DNA of 64,000 bases from an uncultured Chloroflexia bacterium (GTDB lineage Bacteria > Chloroflexota > Limnocylindria > Limnocylindrales > CSP1-4), in the NCBI GenBank assembly GCA_963706095.1, contig OY970149.1, forward strand, positions 832,173 through 896,172, in the 5' to 3' direction. Within the stretch, counting starts at the first letter, position 1. The number at the start of each line of letters is the position of its first letter. A program made the position numbers and the translations under genes. Positions 18,420 to 27,941 of the stretch are shown here, one piece after another. Under the pieces are notes generated by a model, which made no database searches, had not been told where the DNA came from, and was given only the letters and a program-made list of their open reading frames with translations.

Positions 18420-19538
18420 CTACTCCGGCAGCGGCCGCTCGTCGGGGCCGATGTAGCGCACGTCGGGCCTGATCAGCCGGTTGGCCGAAGCCTGCTCGAG
18501 GATGTGCGCCGTCCAACCGGCGTGGCGCGCGAGGGCAAACGTCGCCGGGAAGAGATCGGGCGTCAGTCCGACACCCTCAGCACGGGCGCTGCGTAGAACT
18601 CGACGTTGGTCTTGAGCGGCCGGTCGGGGTGCTTCTCGGCCAGGACCTTGAGCGCGACGTCCTCGACAGCGATGGCGAGGTCGAGCCAATCGGGCCGGTG
18701 CGCCATCGCATTCCGCGACTTCGCGCAGCGCCGCGGCGCGCGGGTCGTAGGCGCGGTAGACGCGGTGCCCGAAGCCCATCAGCCGCTCGCCTCGGGCGAG
18801 CGTCTCGCGCACCCACTGCTCGGCGCGCTCGACGGAGCCAACCTCGTGGAGCTGCTCGACGACCTCGGACGGCGCGCCGCCGTGGAGCGGGCCCTTGAGC
18901 GCGCCGATGGCGCCACATACGGCCGAGGCAATGTCGCTGCGCGTCGAGGTGATGACGCGCGCTGTGAAGGTCGAGGCGTTGAAGCCGTGCTCCGCGCCGA
19001 CGACGAAATAGGCATCGAGCGCGCGGGCGGTGGCGTCGTCGACACGCTCGCCGTTCAGCTGGTAGAGAAATCCCGGCACGGTGTCGAGCGACGGATCCGG
19101 GTCGACCGGCTCCTGGCCGTTGCGAATGCGAGCGAAGGCGGCGAGCGCCGAGGGCGAGAACGCGGTCAGCGCGCGTGCCTGCTCGACGGTCGGCGGCCAG
19201 CTCAGGTTCTGGGCGGCACCCCATGCGGAGACGGCGGTGCGCAGCGCGTCCATCGGCTTTGAGTCGGTGGGCAGAGCGCGCAGCGCCGCCAACACACCAT
19301 CCGGCACGGGCTCGAGTGGAAGCCGAGCGTCGGGTCGCCACTCGTCGGTCCACAGCAGCTCGGCCACGCTGGCGTAAGAGCCCCTGTGGACCAGATCACG
19401 AATCGAGTAGCCCCGATAGAGGAGCCGACCCTCGGCGCCGTCGATATAGGCCAGCGCCGTCTCGCCCGCGAGGACCCCCTCCAGGCCCGGTGAGTAGGGC
19501 CGATCGTCCACCATCTGTCTCTCCCTGGGGCTTGTCAT
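18420..19538 (-). pseudogene. Citrate synthase (small, CitZ/archaeal-type), internal out-of-frame patch around 18590-18715
   Basis: LEGVLAGETA...YRGYSI.DL, GAEHGFNASTF, LKGPLHGGA, MGFGHRVY. The expected ...WLDLAIAVEDVALKVLAEKHPDRPLKTNVEFYAAPVL is readable only in another frame. The C-terminus GLTPDLFPATFALARHAGWTAHILEQ is back in frame. Confidence 0.8.
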
Positions 19539-20146
19539 TTGACCGGCGCGACGGCGCTGCGCGACTCGAGCAGCGCACCCGCCGCGAGCATCTCTTCGAC
19601 TGCCCGCTCGCCATCACCCGGCTGAAGGTTCACGGCACGAACGCCGTTCTGGAGAACAGTTGTCGGGTAGCCGCGCTCGCGGGCGTCGAGCACGGTCGAC
19701 TTGACGCAGTAGTCCGTGGCCAGTCCACAGATGACCAGCTGGGTCACGCCGGCCGCGCCAAGCAGGTCGCCCAGCTCGGTGGCAATCGTCTCGCCACTGA
19801 CCGGGTCGCGCATCGTGAAGCCGGAGTAGCCGTCCTCGCCGTTGCTGCCCTTGCGCACGACGGGACCGTTCGAGTCGAGGTCCGGGTGAAGCTGGGCGCC
19901 CCAGGTTTCGCTGACGCAGTGGACCGGCCAGATACCGCCATCCTTCTCGAAATGCGGCGTCGACTCGGGATGCCAGTCCTGGGTATAGAACACCGGCGCT
20001 CCGGCCGCGCGCGCCCTGCCGATCTCCGCGTTGACGAACGGCACGACGCGCTCACCTTCGGCCACGTACAGGCTGCCCTCGGGATCGGCGAAATCGTTCT
20101 GGACGTCGACGACGAGCAGGGCGGTTGTCGGGTCGTAGGTGGGCAC
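19535..20146 (-). CDS. pncA: Nicotinamidase/pyrazinamidase (isochorismatase family)
   Basis: ALLVVDVQNDF, YTQDWHP, VHCV, ICGLATDYCV. ATGA overlap with the citrate synthase start. Confidence 0.8.
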   Translation of the reverse strand: MPTYDPTTALLVVDVQNDFADPEGSLYVAEGERVVPFVNAEIGRARAAGAPVFYTQDWHPESTPHFEKDGGIWPVHCVSETWGAQLHPDLDSNGPVVRKGSNGEDGYSGFTMRDPVSGETIATELGDLLGAAGVTQLVICGLATDYCVKSTVLDARERGYPTTVLQNGVRAVNLQPGDGERAVEEMLAAGALLESRSAVAPVK

Positions 20147-20222
20147 GCTGGCCGGATTCTATTGGCGCCGCGGATTCGGCGGCGGCGCGAAATGAATCGA
20201 GACTCGGTATCATCTGGTAGCG

Positions 20223-20651
20223 ATGAGACCGAGTATCAGTCAAGCGCTTTCCGAAAACGGCCGCCGGATAACCGGCACGCGCCGAGCGCTGGGCGAGCTG
20301 ATAGACCGGCAGGAGGGCCACTTCACGGCGTCTGCCCTGCGCGATGCTGCGCAACGGAGCAACGTGCCAATCGGGCGAGCGACGGTTTTTCGCACGCTCG
20401 AGCTGCTCGCCGAGATGGGCGCGCTAGAGCGGATCGACCTACCCGATGGCGAGCACGCCTACGTTGCCTGCGAGCCGGACGACCATCATCACCACGTGGT
20501 CTGCCGGCGCTGTGGACGAAGCGCGGACGTGGCCGACACCGGCCTGCAGGCAGTCGTGCGCGAGATCGGCGAACGCACCGGCTATCGGATCGACAGCCAC
20601 CGCCTGGAGCTCTACGGGTTGTGCTCGGCCTGCATCCAGGCCGTGGCGTGA
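20223..20651 (+). CDS. zur: Fur-family metalloregulator, probably zinc uptake regulator
   Basis: R.T..R..ILE-like winged-helix region (RITGTRRALGELI...), HHHHVVCRRCG and GLCSAC Cys pairs. It is translationally coupled (GTGA) to a ZIP zinc transporter. Confidence 0.7.
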   Translation: MRPSISQALSENGRRITGTRRALGELIDRQEGHFTASALRDAAQRSNVPIGRATVFRTLELLAEMGALERIDLPDGEHAYVACEPDDHHHHVVCRRCGRSADVADTGLQAVVREIGERTGYRIDSHRLELYGLCSACIQAVA

Positions 20652-21418
20652 TCTACCTGGCCGCGGTCCTGCCCTTTATCTCGACGTTGCTAGGTGGCTG
20701 GGCCGTCTTCAGGCTGCAGCATCGACTGCACGTGGCCATGGCCCTGGCCGCGGGCATCCTCGTGGCCACGGCGTTCATCGACCTGATTCCAGAATCGATC
20801 GAGCTGATCGGCGGCGAGCAGGCCGCCCTGATGACGGGCGTTGCCGCGGTCATCGGCTTCCTGATCTACGCCGGCGTCGAGGCGTTCATCCACCACGGCA
20901 GCTACGAGCACGGCCACGATCCTGCCCTCCACCCCCACACGCCACATGAGCACAGCGAACCGGCCCACGGCGCGCGGTCGACGCTCGGCTGGCTCGCGCC
21001 GGGCGGCCTCATCGCCCACAGCGTGCTCGACGGCATGGCCATCGGCCTCGGCTTCGAGGCCGGGCCCGAGGTCGGAATAGTGGTCACGCTGGCTGTCGTC
21101 GTCCACGACTTTGCCGACGGCCTGAACATCGTCACCGTCGCCTTCGCCGGCGGCCGCGGCCGCGGTGCAGCGCTGACGCTGCTGGCAATCGACGCAGCAG
21201 CAAGCTTCGTCGGCATCGCCATCAGCCAGGTGCTGCCGCTGCCGCAGGAGAATCTCGGGTTCCTGTTGGGCGCCTTCGGTGGCGCGTTCATCGCAATCGG
21301 CGCCAGCCACCTGCTGCCCGAAGCGGAGCACCGCAATCGGGCCGGCGTCTCGCCGCTCGTCGGCCTGACCGTCCTGGGGGCGGGCATAGTCGTCGCCGTT
21401 AGGCTGTTGCTCGCATGA
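20648..21418 (+). CDS. zupT: ZIP-family divalent metal (zinc) transporter
   Basis: These are the last 256 aa of the 747-aa ORF. The GTG overlaps the zur stop. His-rich loop HHGSYEHGHDPALHPHTPHEHSEPAHG, HSVLDGMAIG, HDFADGL motifs. Confidence 0.8.
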   Translation: MIYLAAVLPFISTLLGGWAVFRLQHRLHVAMALAAGILVATAFIDLIPESIELIGGEQAALMTGVAAVIGFLIYAGVEAFIHHGSYEHGHDPALHPHTPHEHSEPAHGARSTLGWLAPGGLIAHSVLDGMAIGLGFEAGPEVGIVVTLAVVVHDFADGLNIVTVAFAGGRGRGAALTLLAIDAAASFVGIAISQVLPLPQENLGFLLGAFGGAFIAIGASHLLPEAEHRNRAGVSPLVGLTVLGAGIVVAVRLLLA

Positions 21419-22380
21419 CCGCAGCCAACACGACGAATGCCGCCAATGCCGCCGACGGTGCCGGCGCTGCCGTGATCAGCGTCGGTGACCTGCGCAAGAG
21501 CTACGGCGACGTAAAGGCGGTCGACGGCGTGTCCTTCGAGGTCGTCCGCGGCGAGGTCTTCGGCCTGCTCGGTCCCAACGGCGCGGGCAAGACAACCACG
21601 ATCGAGATCCTCGAGGGTCTCAACCGTGCCGATTCAGGAACGGTCAGCGTTCTCGGCCTCGACCCGTCGCGCAACGGCGACCGACTCAAGGAGCGCATCG
21701 GCGTCCAGCTGCAGACCGCGGCGCTGTACCCAAACCTGACGGTCGTCGAGGTGATCGAGCTCTTCGGCAGCTTCTACGCGAAGGCGCGGCCGGCGAGCGA
21801 GCTGGTCGAGCTGTTCGGGCTGGGCGAACGAGCCGGGGCCCAGACCAAGACGCTCTCGGGCGGCCAGAGCCAGCGCCTGTCGGTGGCTCTGGCGCTGGTC
21901 AACGATCCCGAGCTGATCTTTCTCGACGAGCCCACCACCGGGCTCGATCCCCAGGCGCGCCGGTCGCTGTGGGACCTCATCGCGCGCCTGTCGGACGAGG
22001 GCCGCACGGTGGTGCTCACGACTCACTACATGGAGGAGGCCGAGCAGCTGTGCGACCGCGTGGCGGTCATGGACCACGGCCGCGTGCTCGAGATCGGCAC
22101 GGTAAATGCGCTGGTCACGCGCCACTTCCAGGAACGGACCGTTCGGTTTGCCGCAAGCGATCAGCTGACCGACGATCGACTGGCCAGGCTTCCCGGTGTC
22201 AAGCGGGTCGCACGCGAGCAGGACGAGGTGGCGCTGTACACGCCCGACGTGCCGGGCACGATCGGCGGCCTGTTGCGCCTGGCCGATGAGCAGGGCGCCG
22301 GCAACCTGGACATCGCGGTGCGACGACCGACCCTCGAGGATGTCTTCCTCGAGCTCACCGGCCGGGCACTGCGCGACTGA
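21415..22380 (+). CDS. ABC transporter ATP-binding protein (DrrA/ABC-2 type)
   Basis: GLLGPNGAGKTT, LSGGQSQRLSVALAL, LIFLDEPTTGLD. ATGA overlap with the zupT stop. Confidence 0.85.
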   Translation: MTAANTTNAANAADGAGAAVISVGDLRKSYGDVKAVDGVSFEVVRGEVFGLLGPNGAGKTTTIEILEGLNRADSGTVSVLGLDPSRNGDRLKERIGVQLQTAALYPNLTVVEVIELFGSFYAKARPASELVELFGLGERAGAQTKTLSGGQSQRLSVALALVNDPELIFLDEPTTGLDPQARRSLWDLIARLSDEGRTVVLTTHYMEEAEQLCDRVAVMDHGRVLEIGTVNALVTRHFQERTVRFAASDQLTDDRLARLPGVKRVAREQDEVALYTPDVPGTIGGLLRLADEQGAGNLDIAVRRPTLEDVFLELTGRALRD

Positions 22381-22385
22381 CGGCG

Positions 22386-23489
22386 ATGCGACGCTACCTG
22401 CGCGGCCTGTGGCCGATGACCCTCGCCAACGTGCGCAGCTTCTATCGTGACCGCGCGTCGCTTTTCTGGACGCTCGCCTTCCCGATCATCTTCGTCGTCC
22501 TCTTCGGTTCGATCTTCTCCGGCGGATCGGCCAACTTCACCGTCGGCTGGGTCGACCAGGACGGCACGCCGGCCTCCGCGCAACTGCGTACCGGCTTCGA
22601 ACAGGTCGAGCTGCTCGATCTCGAGGATGCGTCCGAGGAGGACGCGCTCGCTCAGATGCGCGCCGGCGATCTTGACGCGGTCATCGTCGTTCCCGCTGGC
22701 GTCGGCGCGGTGATGCAGCCGGGTGTGCCGCCGGCAGAGCCGATCGCGCTGGCCGTTTACACCGACCCCAGCAGCCAGACGGCGAGCTCGACGGTACAGC
22801 AGATCGTCGCCCAGGTAGTCGGTGGCATCAACCAGTCGCTGTCGGGCGCACCGCCCGCGCTTTCCGTCGAAACCCGCACGCTGCAGACGGAGTCGATCAG
22901 CGCCGCGGCGTACTTCGTGCCGAGCATCCTGGCCATGGCCCTGATGCAGCTCGGTGTATTCGCCGCGATCCCGCTGATCGCGCAGCGCGAGAAGGGCATC
23001 CTCAAGCGCCTGAGCGCGACGCCGGTCACGCGGTCCGCCTTCGTCGGTAGCAACGTCGTCATGCGCCTGCTGATCGCGATCGTCCAGACGGTGCTCATCG
23101 TCGCGATCGGCATGGTGCTGTTCGGCGTGACCATCATCGGCAGCCCGTTCGTCGTCGCCGGCATCATCGTCCTGGGCGCGCTGACATTCCTCGCGCTGGG
23201 CTACGTGATCGCCTCGTACGCGCGCACCGAGGAGACGGCCAACGCCCTGGCGAGCGTGGTCCAGTTCCCGCTGATGTTCCTGTCGGGCATCTTCTTTCCG
23301 ATCGCCTTCATGCCCGAATGGTTACAGCCGGTCGCGGCGCTGATGCCGCTCACGTACCTCGGCGATGCACTTCGCCAGGTGATGGTTGGTGGCGCCGCCT
23401 ACGCGCCGCTGCATATCGACGTGCTCGTGCTCAGTGCGTGGCTGCTCGGCTGCCTGGCGTACTCGGCCAAGTTCTTCCGCTGGCAGTAG
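22386..23489 (+). CDS. ABC-2 type transporter permease
   Basis: 367 aa. One N-terminal TM, a large extracytoplasmic loop, then five C-terminal TMs. It directly follows the ATPase. Confidence 0.75.
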   Translation: MRRYLRGLWPMTLANVRSFYRDRASLFWTLAFPIIFVVLFGSIFSGGSANFTVGWVDQDGTPASAQLRTGFEQVELLDLEDASEEDALAQMRAGDLDAVIVVPAGVGAVMQPGVPPAEPIALAVYTDPSSQTASSTVQQIVAQVVGGINQSLSGAPPALSVETRTLQTESISAAAYFVPSILAMALMQLGVFAAIPLIAQREKGILKRLSATPVTRSAFVGSNVVMRLLIAIVQTVLIVAIGMVLFGVTIIGSPFVVAGIIVLGALTFLALGYVIASYARTEETANALASVVQFPLMFLSGIFFPIAFMPEWLQPVAALMPLTYLGDALRQVMVGGAAYAPLHIDVLVLSAWLLGCLAYSAKFFRWQ

Positions 23490-23499
23490 TCCCGCAGCC

Positions 23500-23736
23500 T
23501 TAACGGTCGACTTCGCGCGAACGGGATGGATCGCGCGTGACCTGGGGCGCACCGGGCGTGGACGGGGCATGCGGCCGTCGAATGCCTGTCGGGACCTCGT
23601 TCGTGTACGAGCCCTGCCGCTCGTGGTCTTCGTCGACGTGAAAGAGCGGGTCGTCGGGCCGCTCCACGGGTTGGCGCTCGATCTCCGATTGCTCGACCGC
23701 TTCCTTGATGCGCGCGGGGTCCAGTGGATCGGTCAT
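23500..23736 (-). CDS. Small acidic hypothetical protein (weak call)
   Basis: This is the only ORF filling the 345-nt gap. Low-complexity charged sequence, weak RBS-like GGTGAGG too close to the ATG. Confidence 0.25.
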   Translation of the reverse strand: MTDPLDPARIKEAVEQSEIERQPVERPDDPLFHVDEDHERQGSYTNEVPTGIRRPHAPSTPGAPQVTRDPSRSREVDR

Positions 23737-23833
23737 GGCCTCACCCTAGATTGGCCACCGTCGCACGAGGCCACAGCTCGTCGTCGCCTGCGTCACATCC
23801 GCGTTCAAAACGGCTGCGTGTAAGGTCGCCGCC

Positions 23834-24547
23834 GTGACACGCGGCGCGGCATTCGTGGGCACCAGCGGCTTCTCGTATCGCGACTGGTCTCCGCTCTTCT
23901 ACCCCCCGGGTACCCGTTCCCAGGATCTGTTGCACCTGTACGCGACGCGACTGAACGCGGTCGAGCTGAACAACACCTTCTACCAGCAGCCGCGGCTCGA
24001 AAAGGTCACTGCCTGGCTTGCCGCCACGCCGCCCGAGTTCCGTTTCGTGGTCAAGGCCCAGCGCGGCGGCAGCATGCGTGCTTTCGGCGACGCGGCCGTC
24101 CAGACCGTCGAGTGGCTGACCGGCCCGTATCGGCTGTTCGGGGAGCGGCTGGGCAGCGTGCTCTACCGGGTGCCCGAGAACGTCCACCGCGACGACGCTC
24201 GCCTGGGCCAGGTCCTCGCGGCATGGCCCAGCGACATGCCGCTGACGATGGAGTTTCAGCACGCGTCGTGGCACGTCGACGAGGTCGTCGCGAAATTGCG
24301 GGAGCACGGCGCGAGCCTGTGCGCGACCGACCTCGACGACCGAGCGCAGCCCGACCTGCGCCTCACCGGCCGATCCATCTACCTCCGCCTGCGCCGGCTC
24401 AACTACTCAGAGACAGAGATCGCTGAGTGGGCGGAGCGGCTCAAGGCGTTCCTCGACGACGGCACCGACTGCTATGTCTTCCTGCGCCACGACGAGGACG
24501 GCCAGTCGGCCATCCGCGCACTCCGGTTGGCAGAGCTGATCAGCTAG
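23834..24547 (+). CDS. DUF72 family protein (YecE-like)
   Basis: FVGTSGFSYRDWSPLFYPPG, LNAVELNNTFY, FVVKA.., FLRHDE, the characteristic DUF72 motifs. Confidence 0.75.
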   Translation: MTRGAAFVGTSGFSYRDWSPLFYPPGTRSQDLLHLYATRLNAVELNNTFYQQPRLEKVTAWLAATPPEFRFVVKAQRGGSMRAFGDAAVQTVEWLTGPYRLFGERLGSVLYRVPENVHRDDARLGQVLAAWPSDMPLTMEFQHASWHVDEVVAKLREHGASLCATDLDDRAQPDLRLTGRSIYLRLRRLNYSETEIAEWAERLKAFLDDGTDCYVFLRHDEDGQSAIRALRLAELIS

Positions 24548-24560
24548 CGGGGCACCGGCG

Positions 24561-25526
24561 CTAGCGCGACCCAATCGCGGGGATGACCTTCGATCCGTAC
24601 ATCTCGATGAATGCGCGCTGCTCGTCGCCGACGCCGTGAACGAAGACCGAGTCGAAGCGCTCGAGCTCGGTCGCCAGCCACTCGAGATGCTGCTGCGGGC
24701 TGGCCGAGATGCGTACCGCGGCATCCATGTCCTCCGGCCGAACGTTCTGTCCCAGGGCCTGCATCTGCGCGACGGTTCTGACGTCGGTCAGGACACTGCT
24801 CGGGTGAACGTTCTGACGCCACTGCCGGTGGGCCTGGGCGCGTGCCTCGTCATCTGACGCGGCATGGGCTACGTGCATCTGGAGGAAGACCGGCTTGCCC
24901 GCGCCGCCAGCCGATCGAAACGCGTCGATGATCCGCGCCAACGTTTCGCCGGGCTGCCAGACGGTGATGAGCGCGTCAGCCCAATCGGCGACGAATCGCG
25001 CCGTGTCCGGCGTGACCGCGGCGCCGACCAACAATGGCGGTCGCGCGGGCTGAATCGGCCGGGTATAGAGCATCGCGTCCTCGACGGTCACGAGGCCGCG
25101 GTGAGTCACGGTCTCGCCGGCCCACAGCGCCTTTATGATCCCGGCGCACTCCCGCAGGCGCTGGTTGCGCTCGCTCTTCTGCGGCCAGCCGTCGCCGGTG
25201 ATGTGCTCATTGAGAAACTGGCCACTGCCGATGGCCAGCCAGAAGCGATTCGGAAACATGACCTCGAGGGTTGCCGCAGCCTGAGCGATGATCGCCGGGT
25301 GGTAGCGCTGGCCCGGCGCGCACACGACCCCGAAGGGCAGGTTGGTGGCCTGCATCGCCGCACCCAGCCACGACCAGGCAAAGCCGCTCTCTCCCTGCTC
25401 GTCACTCCACGGGTAGAAGTGGTCTGAGCACATCGCGGCGTCGAAGCCGGCCTGCTCGGCGTCTCGGACACACTGCAGCAGCACGTCCGGGCCGAGCTGT
25501 TCGTGGCTGGCGTGGAAACCGATCAC
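24561..25526 (-). CDS. LLM-class flavin/F420-dependent oxidoreductase (Fgd-related)
   Basis: GTG start VIGFHASHEQ... overlaps the upstream stop (GTGA). CSDHFYPW, WLAIGSGQFLNEH. Same family as 3981-4970. Confidence 0.65.
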   Translation of the reverse strand: MIGFHASHEQLGPDVLLQCVRDAEQAGFDAAMCSDHFYPWSDEQGESGFAWSWLGAAMQATNLPFGVVCAPGQRYHPAIIAQAAATLEVMFPNRFWLAIGSGQFLNEHITGDGWPQKSERNQRLRECAGIIKALWAGETVTHRGLVTVEDAMLYTRPIQPARPPLLVGAAVTPDTARFVADWADALITVWQPGETLARIIDAFRSAGGAGKPVFLQMHVAHAASDDEARAQAHRQWRQNVHPSSVLTDVRTVAQMQALGQNVRPEDMDAAVRISASPQQHLEWLATELERFDSVFVHGVGDEQRAFIEMYGSKVIPAIGSR

Positions 25527-27224
25527 GGCCCGACCCGGTGCCCCAGCCAGATGTAGCCATGCGGCGGTAGCTCCACCTCGAGCAGGCGGCCGTTTGATGC
25601 CGCGGTGGTTGCGGCACGGCTGCTGCCGCTGCCCTGGTCGACGCGGCTGGCGCGGCTGCCCACCAGGCGGTGCCACCGGCCGCGATCCCTGCCGCGCGGC
25701 AGGTTGACATGGACCTTCGCGCGTCGGCCGCCGAAGTTATGGAGTGCCAGTACCTCGCCGTCCTGCCACTCAGCAGTGTGTGCCAGGACCGAATCGTCAC
25801 CAACGTCGAGAACGCGATGGTCGCCCCAACCGAACTCCGGCCACTCACGTCGGGTACGGATGAGTCGCTCCATCCACATCAGGAACGAGCCGGGATTGTT
25901 GCGCTGGCGTTCGACGTTGACGCGCCGGTAGGCGAACGGCCCCTTCTCCACCGGAGGCCGCGGCATCGCCGGCCGTGGCGCGGTCGAGAAGCCCGCGCCC
26001 GGGTCCGAGTTCCACTGCATCGGCACGCGGACCGCTTCGCGCGCCGGCAGCGACTGATCATCGCCCAGCCCGATCTCCTCGCCGTAGATACAGGACCGGC
26101 GTCCCCGGCAGCGAAAAGCACAGCGAATACATCATCTCCATGCGCGCTCGGTCGCCGTTCACCATTGGCGGCAGGCGGCGCCGGATGCCCCTGCCAAAGA
26201 GCCGCATCTCCTCGTCAGGAGCGAGCGCCGCGAAGACCTCCGCGCGCTCGCCTTCGGTGAGCCGATCGAGCGTCTGCTCGTCGTGGTTCTTGACGAAGTT
26301 CGCCCACTGCCCGGTCGGCGGCACAGGCGGCCGGGTGCGCAATGCCCGGGCAATGGGCCGCGCGTCGCCGCGCACCAGCGCGAGGTACAGATGCTGGTTG
26401 CCGATGAAGTCGAAGAGCATGTGCATCTGGTCGCCGTGCTGATCGCCGAAGAACAGCGGCAGCCTGTCGCGCGGCTCGTTGGCCTCGGCGAGCAGGATTG
26501 CGTCACCGCGGCGGCGCGACATGAAGGCACGCAGGTCGCGCAGGTAGTCGTGCGGGTCCTCGACCGCAGGGTTGTCGCCGCTGACCGATTCGATGATGAA
26601 AGGGACAGCGTCGACGCGGAAGCCGGACAGCCCGAGCTGCAGCCAGTAGCCGATGATGCGGTGGATCTCGTCGCGCACCTGCGGGTTGTTGATGTTGAGA
26701 TCGGGCTGATGCTCAAAGAAGCGGTGCATGTACCAGCGGTCGACGCGCTTGTCGTATGACCACGTGCTGTGCTGGTAGCCGGGAAAGACGATGCCCTCGT
26801 CGGCATCCGCCGGCCGCTCGTCCGACCAGACGTAGTAGTCGTGAAACGCTGACTGCCGATCTCCGGCGGCCTTGAACCAGGGATGGTCGATCGAGGTGTG
26901 GTTGACGACCAGGTCGGCGATGACCCGCATCCCTCGGTCTTCGGCCGTTCGGATGAACTCGACCAGGTCGCCCAGGGAGCCGTACCGCGGGTCGACTCCG
27001 TAGTAGTCGGTGATGTCGTAGCCGTTGTCGCGGTTGGGCGACGGATAGAAGGGCTGGAGCCAGATGCAGGTCACGCCCATGCCCGCCAGGTAGTCGAGCT
27101 TCTGGGTCGCGCCGCGCAGGTCGCCGATGCCGTCGCCGTTCGCGTCCATGAACGAATCGAGATCCAGGCAATAGACGATGGCGTTCTTCCACCACAGGTC
27201 GGCGGTTGCCTGGATGGCGCTCAT
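25523..27224 (-). pseudogene. GH13 alpha-amylase-family enzyme, trehalose-synthase-like; one +1 shift near 26090
   Basis: WWKNAIVYCLDLDSFMDANGDGIGDL, PFYPSPNRDNGYDITDYY, GH13 regions DLVVNHTS / GFRVDAVPF / LLAEANE / FVKNHDE. The C-terminus continues in ORF 25523-26026. Confidence 0.75.
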
Positions 27225-27252
27225 GAGTGACGGGGCTCCACGGCCGGTCAGG

Positions 27253-27900
27253 CTAGGGCGAGCGGCGCTGCTCCGGCTCAGGCACGCTCTCATCCTGTCG
27301 TGCAATTTCATTCCGATTGGAACGGGCGGCACCGCGGTCGAGCACGAGGGCGGTGATGGCGAACCAGGCAAGGCCGAGCAGCAGGCCGCCGATCGCGTCA
27401 GTTGGCCAGTGGACACCGAGCGAGACGCGCGCGAAGCCCATCACCAGGCCCGCGATCAGGCCGCCCATGAGCGCGAGGCGCAGACGCCGGCCAGGCGGCG
27501 CGAGAAGCCATGCCAGGACCGCGATCAGGGCGACGGCGCGGACGACATGGCCGCTCGGGAACGCGAACGAGTCGGGCCCGAAGAAGTGCTCGCTGGCGAC
27601 GGTCTCGGGGCGCGCCCGTTCGACGATCAGCTTCACGCCGAAGGCAGCCAGGTCGGCGGCGAGGGTCAACGCCACGGCGACTCCGAGGACCGCGCCACGC
27701 ACCCGGCCCATGGCCAGTGCAATCAGCCCGACGAGCACCGCCCATACGGCAAGGTCTCCGAGCGTGTTGATGAGCCCGACGAATTCGCGTGCCGGGCCTG
27801 GCGCCAGCTCGGCCGCGGTCACCAGCGCGACCTCCCAGGCCGCAGCGGGCTCGAGCCGCGCCCAGACAGCGAACAGACCGAGTGCCAACAGTGACAGCAC
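27253..27900 (-). CDS. PAP2-family membrane phosphatase
   Basis: C-terminal part of ORF 27253-28446. KLIVERARP, PSGH, SLGVHWPTD motifs and several TMs. The start is uncertain (GTG around 27900). Confidence 0.7.
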   Translation of the reverse strand: MLSLLALGLFAVWARLEPAAAWEVALVTAAELAPGPAREFVGLINTLGDLAVWAVLVGLIALAMGRVRGAVLGVAVALTLAADLAAFGVKLIVERARPETVASEHFFGPDSFAFPSGHVVRAVALIAVLAWLLAPPGRRLRLALMGGLIAGLVMGFARVSLGVHWPTDAIGGLLLGLAWFAITALVLDRGAARSNRNEIARQDESVPEPEQRRSP

Positions 27901-27941
27901 GGCAATGACCGCCAGCGCCCGCTCGGACGCCGGCGTCTGGC

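Noticed and set aside
19175-20647. N-terminal 490 aa of the 747-aa ORF preceding ZupT.
   Set aside because: It runs antisense through citrate synthase and pncA and through zur in another frame. Only the last 256 aa look like a ZIP transporter.
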